Positions 39,128-47,728 of a stretch of 64,000 bases of DNA are shown here, piece after piece; position 1 is the first letter of the stretch; the number at the start of each line of letters is the position of its first letter. The DNA comes from Acidobacteriota bacterium (GTDB lineage: Bacteria > Acidobacteriota > Thermoanaerobaculia > Gp7-AA8), in NCBI GenBank assembly GCA_019244185.1, contig JAFATB010000023.1, positions 160,001 to 224,000 on the forward strand, read 5' to 3'. A model generated the notes under the pieces. The model saw only the letters and a list, made by a program, of their open reading frames with translations. It ran no database searches and was not told the DNA's origin. The translations under genes were made by a program, and so were the position numbers.

Positions 39128-39785
39128 CGAGATCCGCGCGAACGTCGCGGACGTCGAGGCGCGCATCGCCGCCGCGTGCGCGCGCGCGGGCCGCAAGCGT
39201 TCGGACGTGCGGCTGGTCGCGGTGACGAAGACGTTTCCCGCGTCCGACGTCGAGCACGCGATCGCCGCGGGCATGAGCGACGTCGGCGAGAACAAAGTGC
39301 AGGAAGCGCGCGACAAGCAGCCGGAGGTGCACGGCGCCGCGCGCTGGCATCTCATCGGACACCTGCAGTCGAACAAGGCGAAGGATGCCGTGCGGCTCTT
39401 CGATGTCATCCAGACGGTCGACTCGTTCGAGCTCGCGGAGAAACTCGCGCGTCATGCCGAGGCGGCGCGGAAGACGCAGGATGTGCTGCTGCAGGTGAAC
39501 ATCGGACGCGAGACGCAGAAGAGCGGCGCGGAGATCGACGACGTGCCGGCGCTGGCGAGACGGATGGCCGGGCTGCAGTCCATCCGTCTGCGCGGGTTGA
39601 TGGCCATCCCGCCGGCCGGAGAGCCGGAAGCGATGCGAGCGTTCTTTCGGGAATTGCGCGCGATGCGCGATGATCTCGGCCTGGACGAGCTGTCGATGGG
39701 CATGACCGACGACTTCGAGGTCGCGATCGAGGAAGGGGCGACGATCGTGCGCGTGGGAAGAGCGATCTTCGGGAGCCGCGGCTAA
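39114..39785 (+). CDS. yggS: PLP homeostasis protein YggS
   Basis: [47 protein letters not shown]. Confidence 0.95.
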   Translation: MPRADEIRANVADVEARIAAACARAGRKRSDVRLVAVTKTFPASDVEHAIAAGMSDVGENKVQEARDKQPEVHGAARWHLIGHLQSNKAKDAVRLFDVIQTVDSFELAEKLARHAEAARKTQDVLLQVNIGRETQKSGAEIDDVPALARRMAGLQSIRLRGLMAIPPAGEPEAMRAFFRELRAMRDDLGLDELSMGMTDDFEVAIEEGATIVRVGRAIFGSRG

Positions 39786-40117
39786 TGGACTTTCTCCGCA
39801 TCCTCTTCAGCGGCATCGCGCTCATCCTGGACATCCTCCAGTGGACGATCCTCGTCTGGGTCATCCTCTCGTGGGTGCTGTTTTTCCTGCGCAACGCGCA
39901 GTTCCGCTGGCGGCACCGGCAGCTGTACATGGTGCTCGAACAGCTCAACGACATCTTCGAGCGGATGACGCGGCCGTTCCTGCGGCCGTTCCGCCGCTGG
40001 CTGCGGCGCTTCGACACGGCGGGCATCGACTGGTCGCCGATGCTGCTCATCCTCGCCATCTGGCTCGTGCGGCAATTGCTCGCGGTGCTCGAGGCGAGGC
40101 TTATACTCTCCAGATAA
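39785..40117 (+). CDS. yggT: YggT family membrane protein
   Basis: VILSWV...TRPFLRPFRR...GIDWSP; follows yggS. Confidence 0.88.
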   Translation: MDFLRILFSGIALILDILQWTILVWVILSWVLFFLRNAQFRWRHRQLYMVLEQLNDIFERMTRPFLRPFRRWLRRFDTAGIDWSPMLLILAIWLVRQLLAVLEARLILSR

Positions 40118-40140
40118 CCCGGTGGGTTGGGAGGGCGTCG

Positions 40141-40644
40141 ATGCAGAACCTCACTCCGCTCGAGATCCAGAAGCAGACCTTCTCGCGAGCGCTCAAAGGC
40201 TACAACCCGGATGAGGTGCGCGCGTACCTGCATCTCGTCGCTGAGGAGATCGAGCGGCTCGTGCGCGAGAACGATCGCCTCACGCGCGACTCCGCGGTGC
40301 TCCGCGAAGATCTCGAAGATCACTCGAACCGCGAGCGCATCCTCAAGGACACGCTGCTCTCCGCGCAGAAGGTGGCCGAGGATCTCACCGTCAACGCGCG
40401 CAAGGAAGCGGAGCTCATCGTCAAGGACGCGGAGCTCCTGTCCGAGCGCCTCATCGCGCAGGCGATGCAGCGCGTGGGCGATCTCGAGAAAGCGATCCAG
40501 GATCTGAAGATCGAGCGCCGCGCCGCGCGCAACAAGCTGCAGGCGACGCTCGACACGATCCAGCAGATGGTGGTGCTCGACGCCGAGGAAGAGGCGAACG
40601 AGCAACCGCTGACGGGACTCTTCCGCCAGCGGCTGCAGTCGTAA
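40141..40644 (+). CDS. divIVA: DivIVA domain protein
   Basis: LTPLEIQKQTFSRALKGYNPDEVRAYL followed by coiled coil. Confidence 0.9.
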   Translation: MQNLTPLEIQKQTFSRALKGYNPDEVRAYLHLVAEEIERLVRENDRLTRDSAVLREDLEDHSNRERILKDTLLSAQKVAEDLTVNARKEAELIVKDAELLSERLIAQAMQRVGDLEKAIQDLKIERRAARNKLQATLDTIQQMVVLDAEEEANEQPLTGLFRQRLQS

Positions 40645-41888
40645 TGGCGCTGCTGGTTCGCAATCTCGCGCAGATCGCGACGCCGTCGGGCCGCACCGCC
40701 GTGCGCGGGCGCGCAATGCGCGAGCTGACGCTGTACGAGAACGCGGTGCTCGTCGTCGACGGCGGGCGTTTCGCGTTCGTCGGACGCGAGAGCGATCTGC
40801 CGAACGATGTCACGATCGACGACGACTTCGACGCGCGCGGCATGACCGCGGTGCCCGGCTTCATCGACACGCACACGCATCTGCCGTTCGCGGGACTGCG
40901 CGAGTCGGAGTTTAACCGGCGGCTGCGCGGCGAGTCGTACGAGTCGATCGCGGCGTCGGGCGGCGGCATCGCGTCGACGGTGCGCGCGACGCGCGCGGCG
41001 ACGCAGGAGGAGCTCGCGCAGAACGTGCTCGCGCGCGCGGCGACGATGGCGCGCTACGGCACGACCACCGCGGAAGCGAAGAGCGGCTACGGCCTCACGC
41101 GCGACGACGAGCTCAAACAGCTGCGCGCGATCCGCGACGCGAACGCGACGTCGCCGGTGCGCCTCGTGCCGACGTGCCTCGCCGCTCACGAGTTTCCGCC
41201 GGAGAGTCGGGGCGATGAATCCGCGCGCGATGCATATGTCGATGCGATCGTCGACGAGATTCTCCCCGCCGTCGCGCGCGAAGAGCTGGCCGTGTTCTGC
41301 GATGCGTTCGTCGAGCGCGGCGTCTTCACGCGCGCGCAAGGCGAGCGCGTGCTGCGCGCGGGCCGCGAGCTCGGCATGAGCCCGCGCCTGCACGCGGACG
41401 AGCTCTCCGACACCGACGGCGCGCGTCTCGCCGCGGACCTCGGCGCCGCGTCGGCCGATCATCTGATGCAGATCTCCGATGCCGGTGTCGCCGCGCTCGC
41501 CGCGTCCGACACCGTCGCGAACCTGCTGCCGGCGACGAGCTTCTTTCTGATGTCGACGAAGTACGCGCCCGGCCGTGCGCTCATCGACGCGGGCGGCATC
41601 GTGTCGCTGTCCACCGACTGCAATCCCGGCACGTCGATGACCGAGTCGATGCAGATCGTGATGCAGCTCGCCACGCTGCAGATGAAGCTGACCGTCGAGG
41701 AGTCGCTCACCGCCGCGACGCTCAACGGCGCGTACTCGCTGCGCCTCGCGCACGAGACGGGCTCGATCGAAGCGGGCAAGCGCGCCGACTTCGTGCTGCT
41801 CGACGCGCCGTCGTACCTCCACCTCGTCTACCACTTCGGCGTGAACCTCGTGCGGCACGTCTTCCGCGACGGCGTTCAGCTGCCGTAG
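40644..41888 (+). CDS. hutI: Imidazolonepropionase
   Basis: PGFIDTHTH, GGGIASTV, EAKSGYGL, LHADEL, SADHL, STDCNPGT. Confidence 0.93.
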   Translation: MALLVRNLAQIATPSGRTAVRGRAMRELTLYENAVLVVDGGRFAFVGRESDLPNDVTIDDDFDARGMTAVPGFIDTHTHLPFAGLRESEFNRRLRGESYESIAASGGGIASTVRATRAATQEELAQNVLARAATMARYGTTTAEAKSGYGLTRDDELKQLRAIRDANATSPVRLVPTCLAAHEFPPESRGDESARDAYVDAIVDEILPAVAREELAVFCDAFVERGVFTRAQGERVLRAGRELGMSPRLHADELSDTDGARLAADLGAASADHLMQISDAGVAALAASDTVANLLPATSFFLMSTKYAPGRALIDAGGIVSLSTDCNPGTSMTESMQIVMQLATLQMKLTVEESLTAATLNGAYSLRLAHETGSIEAGKRADFVLLDAPSYLHLVYHFGVNLVRHVFRDGVQLP

Positions 41889-42796
41889 AACGCGGCGATC
41901 TTCTTGAACAGCCGCCCGCCGACGTCGCTCTTCACCTCGAACGTGCAGCCGCCGACGTGCGGCGTGAGGATGAGGCGCGGATCGTCGGGGAACCCGCCTT
42001 CCGGCGGCTCGGGATCGAAGACGTCGAGCGCGAGTCCCGCGAGCGCGTTCGCCGCGAGCGCGTCGAGTGCCGCGCGCTGATCGAGCACCTCGCCGCGCGA
42101 GGCATTGATGACGTACGCGCCGCGCGGCAGCCGCGCGAGCTCGCGGGCGCCGACGATGCGCCGCGTCTCCGGCGAGAGCGGCACGTGCAGCGTGAGGATG
42201 TCGCTCGACGCCAGCAGCTCGTCGAGCGTCGCCGCGCGCGCGGCGTTGCGCTCGACGAAGTCGGCGTCCGACAGATACGGATCGAACGCACGCACGTCCA
42301 TGCCGAAGACGCGCGCGAGCCGCGCCACGCGCAGGCCGACGTTGCCAAGTCCGACGATGCCGAGGCGGTGGTGGTGGAGCTCGTGGCGCGTCGCGCAATC
42401 CTCGCGCGGCCACGCGCCGCGGACGACTTCGCGCGTGTAACACGGCACCGTGCGCGTCAGCGAGATCATGAAGCCGAGCACCAGCTCCGCGACCGCGTCC
42501 GCGTTCACACCGGGCATGTGGAGGACGCGGATGCCGCGCTCGCGCACCGCGTCCGCGTCGATGTTGTCGATGCCGCTCGTGCCCTGCGCGATCAGCTCGA
42601 GATTGGGCGCGGCGTCGAGCACACGGCGCGAGACCTTGTTGTACGCGCGCGTGACGAGCACCTGCGCGTCGCCGACGATGCGCGCGAGCTCGTCCTCGGT
42701 CCGCACCGGGTTGCGCGTCACGACGAAACGGCCGTCGGCTTCGGCGCGCGCGTCGAGCGAGCGGTCGATGTCCGCGGCGATCAGAAGGCGTTTCAT
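41876..42796 (-). CDS. D-isomer-specific 2-hydroxyacid dehydrogenase (SerA-like)
   Basis: GIDNID, NADAVAE, GIVGLGNVG, INASRG, LDVFDPEP, TPHVGG. Confidence 0.9.
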   Translation of the reverse strand: MKRLLIAADIDRSLDARAEADGRFVVTRNPVRTEDELARIVGDAQVLVTRAYNKVSRRVLDAAPNLELIAQGTSGIDNIDADAVRERGIRVLHMPGVNADAVAELVLGFMISLTRTVPCYTREVVRGAWPREDCATRHELHHHRLGIVGLGNVGLRVARLARVFGMDVRAFDPYLSDADFVERNAARAATLDELLASSDILTLHVPLSPETRRIVGARELARLPRGAYVINASRGEVLDQRAALDALAANALAGLALDVFDPEPPEGGFPDDPRLILTPHVGGCTFEVKSDVGGRLFKKIAAFYGS

Positions 42797-42820
42797 GGCT
42801 TCACTGTAAACTCTCGCCGC

Positions 42821-45322
42821 TTGCTGCGCTTCCTCCGCAAACACCGGATCGCGCTCATCGCCATCGCGGCGTACAACTTCGTGCTCTTCTTCCCCGTGCT
42901 GTTCATGGGGCGCGCGATCTCTCCGAACGACGTCTACGGCAACTTCGCGCCGTGGGCGGCCGTGCGCGGCGATCTCACGCACGCGCAGAACTCGCTGCTC
43001 AACGATCCGCCCACCGCGTACTTCACGCTGATGTCGCTGGTGAAGAACGACTGGCGCGCGTTTCACTGGAACCCGTACGTCGCCTCCGGCATCCCCGGCT
43101 TCGGCTCGTCCGCCGCGGCGATGCTGTCGCCGTTCATCCTCCTGCCGGTGCTGCTCGTGCCGCTGACGTGGGTCTACACGGCGATCGTCTTTCTGAAGCT
43201 GAACGTCTCGTTTCTCTTCGCGTATCTCTGGCTGCGCGAAGAACGCCTCGGACGCCGCGGCGCCGCGATCGGCGCGCTCGTCGTCGCCGGCGCGGGCGTC
43301 TACGCGGTGCGCTGGCTGTGGCAGATCACGAACGCGACGACACTCTATCCGGCGCTGCTCTGGCTCGTGAGCCGCGCGCGCCACGGCAAGCGGACGTCGA
43401 TCGCGCTGACCGCGTTCGTCGCCTTCGCGTTCGCGCTGGCCGGTTTCCCCGCGGCGATCGCGTACGGCGCATATGTGGTCGTCGCGTACGCGCTGCGGCC
43501 GATGCGCGTCTCGCTCGTCGCGCGCAATCTCGCGGCGGTCGTCATCGCGCTGCTGCTCGTGCTGCCGTCGCTCGTACCGTTCGCGCAGCTGCTGCAGCGC
43601 TCCGGCTATCTCGAAGCGCGGCAGTCGACGAGTCTCGCCGGCGTCTATCCGGTTTCGCACTGGCGCGGCTTCGTGCAGCCGGACCGCCTCGGCAATCCGT
43701 CGTACAAGAACTTCACCGGCGATCCGCAGCTGGGCGTGATGAACAACTACGTCGAGTCGACGATCTACCTCGGCCTCCTCACGCTGCCGCTCGCGCTGCT
43801 CGGCCTCTGCAACCGCCGCGCGCGGACGCGCTGGTTCTGGCTCGCCGTCGCCGTGCTCGTCCTCGGCTGCATGTTCGGCGCGCCCGGCATCGCGCCGTTC
43901 TTCGCGAGGCTGCCCGGCTTCAAGTACTCCGCGCTCGCGCGCGTCGGCTTGCTGCTGCCGCTGCCCGCGGGCTATCTCGCGGGTGCCGGCGCGGCGTGGC
44001 TGCGCGTGCGTTTTCGCGACGTCGCGGCCGGCGCGCTGGCCATCGCCATCGCCGCGGACCTCGCGCTCGTCGCGGGCCGCTTCCATCCGTACCTCACTCC
44101 GGAAGAAGCGGCAATCCCGCAGACGCCGACGCTCGCGTTTCTGCAGCACGACCGCCCGCCCTTCCGCATCGCGCCGTTCTTCAATTACCTCTGGCCGAAC
44201 ACCTCGGAGCTCGTGTGCCTCGAAGACGTACGCAGCCACTTCGGTTCGGAGGCGGCGTATCGGAAATTGTTGTTGCGCATCGATCCGACGTCGTGGGGCG
44301 GCAGCTCGACCGTCATCACGTTCAACAGCCTGAAGTTCAATCTCACCGATCCGCTCGTGCGCTTGCTCGGCATCCGCTGGTTCATCGAGCATCGCGACAT
44401 CGACATCGTGAAGTGGACGATCTTCCAGAGCACGGTGCCGGGCGTGAAGGAGACGGGCACGTTCGCGCTGCGTCCCGGCGCGGTGCTGCAGCGGACGATC
44501 CGCGTGGACGCCGAGCCGTTCTGGGCCATCGAGGTGCCGATGCATCTCGACGCCGCGCGCGGTCGCGTCGACGTCATGCTGCTGAAGAACGACGCGGTGG
44601 TGTGGTCGCGCGCGTTCACGCAGGACGACGTCAACTTTCTCAGCAAGATCTACGTGCCGCTGCGCCCATACGCGCGCCTCGGCGAGAGCGTCGTGCTGCG
44701 CGTGCGCGCGCACAGCGCGCGCGGCTGGATGCTGCAAGGGGAGAACGCGAACGCGGCGGAGGCGCCGCTCTTCTACGGCCGCGTCACGATTCCGATCGTC
44801 TTCGACCGCGCGTTCATCGACGGAAAGCTCTTCCGCAACCTCGGCGAGCTGCCGCGCTTCCGCGGCGTCGCGCATCTGCGCAAGCTGAATGACGACGAGT
44901 TCCTCGCGACGAAGGACGTCGACTTCGAGCGCGAGTCGGTCATCGGCGACCAGCGCTATCAGCCGCCGGAACTCGCGGATACGCCCGCGCGCGTCGCGCT
45001 CGCGTCATACGCGCCGAACGAGCAGCGCATCGTCACCGACGCATCGAACGCGTTCTTCCTCGCGTCGTCGGAGAAGCTGACGCCGGAGCTGCGCATCACC
45101 ATCGACGGCAAGGCCGTGCGTCCCGTGCGCTGCGACCTGCTCTTCGCCGGCACGATCGTGCCCGCGGGACATCACACCGTCGTGTACTCGCGGCGCATCG
45201 CGCGCGGCTGGTGGCCGCTCGCGATCGTGGGATTCGTGGTGTGGGTATTCGTCGCGATCGCGGAAGGAGTGCGGCGGCCGCGCCGCCGCACTCGCAGGAT
45301 CGCGGTTACATCCGCCGCGTGA
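42821..45322 (+). CDS. YfhO-like polytopic membrane protein (GT-C-type glycosyltransferase candidate)
   Basis: WNPYVASGIP motif, more than 10 TM helices, large periplasmic region, VPAGHHTVVYS plus C-terminal TM; TTG start inferred. Confidence 0.78.
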   Translation: MLRFLRKHRIALIAIAAYNFVLFFPVLFMGRAISPNDVYGNFAPWAAVRGDLTHAQNSLLNDPPTAYFTLMSLVKNDWRAFHWNPYVASGIPGFGSSAAAMLSPFILLPVLLVPLTWVYTAIVFLKLNVSFLFAYLWLREERLGRRGAAIGALVVAGAGVYAVRWLWQITNATTLYPALLWLVSRARHGKRTSIALTAFVAFAFALAGFPAAIAYGAYVVVAYALRPMRVSLVARNLAAVVIALLLVLPSLVPFAQLLQRSGYLEARQSTSLAGVYPVSHWRGFVQPDRLGNPSYKNFTGDPQLGVMNNYVESTIYLGLLTLPLALLGLCNRRARTRWFWLAVAVLVLGCMFGAPGIAPFFARLPGFKYSALARVGLLLPLPAGYLAGAGAAWLRVRFRDVAAGALAIAIAADLALVAGRFHPYLTPEEAAIPQTPTLAFLQHDRPPFRIAPFFNYLWPNTSELVCLEDVRSHFGSEAAYRKLLLRIDPTSWGGSSTVITFNSLKFNLTDPLVRLLGIRWFIEHRDIDIVKWTIFQSTVPGVKETGTFALRPGAVLQRTIRVDAEPFWAIEVPMHLDAARGRVDVMLLKNDAVVWSRAFTQDDVNFLSKIYVPLRPYARLGESVVLRVRAHSARGWMLQGENANAAEAPLFYGRVTIPIVFDRAFIDGKLFRNLGELPRFRGVAHLRKLNDDEFLATKDVDFERESVIGDQRYQPPELADTPARVALASYAPNEQRIVTDASNAFFLASSEKLTPELRITIDGKAVRPVRCDLLFAGTIVPAGHHTVVYSRRIARGWWPLAIVGFVVWVFVAIAEGVRRPRRRTRRIAVTSAA

Positions 45323-47648
45323 ACCACACGCCCGCGACGGCGAGCATGAGTCCCATCACGAGAAGCGCGAAGCCGCTCGCGGTGGGCACGGGCGTCACGA
45401 GCGCGGGCGCGATGACGACCGGCGCGGCCGCGCTGTTCGCGGGCGTCGGATCGTCGGCGTCGCTGGTGACGGTGGCGGTGTTCGTCTGCGTACCGGAAGC
45501 GATCGCGCGCACGCTGATCGAGCGCGTGGTGTTCGCACCGTTCGCGAGCGTCGGAATCGTGCACGTCACGGTGCCGGACGACTCGCTGCAGCCGCTGTCG
45601 GCGGAGACGAACTCGAGGCCCGCCGGCAGCGTGTCGGTGATGACGACGTTCGTGGCGTCGTCCGGACCCGCGTTCGTGACCTTGAGGTCGTACGAGATGA
45701 TCGAGCCGACCGTGTACGGCGGCGGCGTGGTCACGGTCTTCGTGATCGAGAGATCGGCCGTCGTCGCGGCGATGACGCACGCCGGCGGCGCGGAGAGGAA
45801 CGGATCGAAGTCGACGTCGCCCTCGATCTTCGCCGCAATGGCCGCGGCGTTCGTCGTGCCCCAGTAGTTGTTCTCCGCCTTCACGGTCGCAACGCCTTCG
45901 TTGATCATGTTGAAGCCGCCGTTGTCGTGAATCGAGTTGTTGCCGGGCGAACGGCCGCCGCCGCCGAAGTCGGGCGGAACGTCGTCGCTCGCGGCCGTGA
46001 CGGCGTCTCGGGAGTTGTTCGCGAAGAGATTGCAGGAGATGCTCGGTGCGAGCGACGTGTAGGTCGTGGTGCCGATGAAGAAGGCGTCCTCGTTGTCCTC
46101 GACGTCGTTGCCGGTGGCCTGGATGTCGTGCGGCGGGAGCGTGGCCTGCGCGTGCACGCCGCCGCCGGTCACGACCTCGCTGTCGTCTTCGACCTGGATG
46201 CCGAGTCCGCCGTTGGCGCCGCTCACCTCGTTGTCGCGGAACTCGAGCTGGTCGGTGGTCGTGCTTGCGCCTTCGATGACGCCGAAGAAGGACACGATGC
46301 CGTAGCTGCTGCTCTCCGTCGGAGGAGCGTCCAGCGTCACATGATTGCCGGTCACGCTCAGTTGGATGTTCGAGTCGCCGCTGCTGTAGAGGTACTGATA
46401 CATCACCATGCCGCCGAGGCCCGCGTCGGTGACGGTGTTGCCGGAGATCGTGACGTCGTACGCGACGTCGCCGGCCGCGGTCGTGTGCACGGGATGCGCG
46501 GCCGCGCGTTTGGCGGCCGCGCGCTTCGGGGCCGTTCGCTTCGCGCTTTGGCGCGCCTTCATCCGCTGCAGCTGCGCGGCGAGCGACGCGCGATCCTTCG
46601 GGATCGAGAAGCGTGCCGTCGCGGACTTCGCGGTGACGCTGACCGGCGGCGGCGTTTCGCCGAAGGACGGTGCGCTGAGAAGGAACACGGCCGAGGTCGT
46701 GGAGTGGTTGTCCGTGAATGACGGCGAGAACTGGCGCGCGCCGGCGCCGTCGTACACCGTGCCCACGTCGATGAAGTTCGACGTGAAGGTGTTGTTCTGA
46801 ACCACCGGCGCCATGATGCCGGCGTTGCTGTCGTAGTTGTACGGGCCGGTGCCGATCAGGGCGATGCCGAGACCGTTTCCTTCGAACGTGTTGCCGCTGA
46901 TCGTCGGCGCGATCGTTCCTTCCGCCGGTCCGACGGCGTGCGTCGCCGGCGCGTGCACGTCGCTGCCGCCGGCGATGAACGTGAGGGCGACGCCGCCCGC
47001 GAGCGTGGCTGCCTGTTGTGCCGAGGGACCCGACTTCGCGGCGCGCGTCGCAGTTGGCGGTGGACCGGCGTCCGCGACTCCGCCGAGACCGGTGAAGTCG
47101 TTGTTCGAGATCGTGGGCGTGAAGGTTCCGGGGATGTTCGCGTCGAACACGAACGCGGCGATGCCGGTGTCCTGCTCGTCGGGATAGCCGACGAAACGGT
47201 TTCCGTCGATGACCGGCGACTGCACGGAGTCGGAGATGAACACCATCAGCGGATCGTCCGCGCCTTCGCCGTCATGCCGCAGCTCGAAGCCGTGCAGGTA
47301 CGTCGTTGCCGAGAGCGTGTCTTCGTTCTCGAACACCGGCACACCTTCGGGCGCGACGATGCTCGTCGCATCGCGGTCGGCGCCGACGATCCGCACGCCG
47401 TCTTTCAGCGCGAGCGGAAACGACTCGCCGCTCGCGGTGTCGTACGTGCCCGGCGCGACCTGAATCTCGTCGCCGGACGATGACGCCGCGAGCGCCGCGG
47501 TGATGGTCGTGTAATCGGGAGTGCCGCTGTGCGCGACGGTGCGGATGGCAGCAGATACGGTGGGACCGAACGTGAACGAGAACATCAGACCGAGACCCGC
47601 GATCGCGCGCGCGTGACGCGCACGTTCGCCCTGGGAAAACAGGCCCAT
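45306..47648 (-). CDS. Secreted beta-helix (DUF1565-like) + DUF11 protein with IPTL-CTERM anchor
   Basis: AGAGGAGG SD; TITAAL...GDEIQVAPGTY...GESFPL; PTISNN/ISGN repeats; ADLSITKT...VTNAGP; ends VPTASGFALLVMGLMLAVAGVWFTRRM. Confidence 0.85.
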   Translation of the reverse strand: MGLFSQGERARHARAIAGLGLMFSFTFGPTVSAAIRTVAHSGTPDYTTITAALAASSSGDEIQVAPGTYDTASGESFPLALKDGVRIVGADRDATSIVAPEGVPVFENEDTLSATTYLHGFELRHDGEGADDPLMVFISDSVQSPVIDGNRFVGYPDEQDTGIAAFVFDANIPGTFTPTISNNDFTGLGGVADAGPPPTATRAAKSGPSAQQAATLAGGVALTFIAGGSDVHAPATHAVGPAEGTIAPTISGNTFEGNGLGIALIGTGPYNYDSNAGIMAPVVQNNTFTSNFIDVGTVYDGAGARQFSPSFTDNHSTTSAVFLLSAPSFGETPPPVSVTAKSATARFSIPKDRASLAAQLQRMKARQSAKRTAPKRAAAKRAAAHPVHTTAAGDVAYDVTISGNTVTDAGLGGMVMYQYLYSSGDSNIQLSVTGNHVTLDAPPTESSSYGIVSFFGVIEGASTTTDQLEFRDNEVSGANGGLGIQVEDDSEVVTGGGVHAQATLPPHDIQATGNDVEDNEDAFFIGTTTYTSLAPSISCNLFANNSRDAVTAASDDVPPDFGGGGRSPGNNSIHDNGGFNMINEGVATVKAENNYWGTTNAAAIAAKIEGDVDFDPFLSAPPACVIAATTADLSITKTVTTPPPYTVGSIISYDLKVTNAGPDDATNVVITDTLPAGLEFVSADSGCSESSGTVTCTIPTLANGANTTRSISVRAIASGTQTNTATVTSDADDPTPANSAAAPVVIAPALVTPVPTASGFALLVMGLMLAVAGVWFTRRM

Positions 47649-47698
47649 GAACCCTCCTCTTTTTCTGCGATGTCTCCGGTGGGGAACCCTGCGCAGCG

Positions 47699-47728
47699 AT
47701 GCTAGACGCGCGGAGTGAGTACGGTCAA
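47699..47728 (-). promoter_or_regulatory. Sigma70-type promoter of the beta-helix surface protein gene
   Basis: Minus strand TTGACC-18 nt-TAGCAT. Confidence 0.5.

Noticed and set aside
42797-44875. Apparent long N-terminal extensions on the dehydrogenase (999 aa) and YfhO-like (1121 aa) ORFs
   Set aside because: Each extension is the antisense shadow of the other gene; real starts are at 42796 and about 42821
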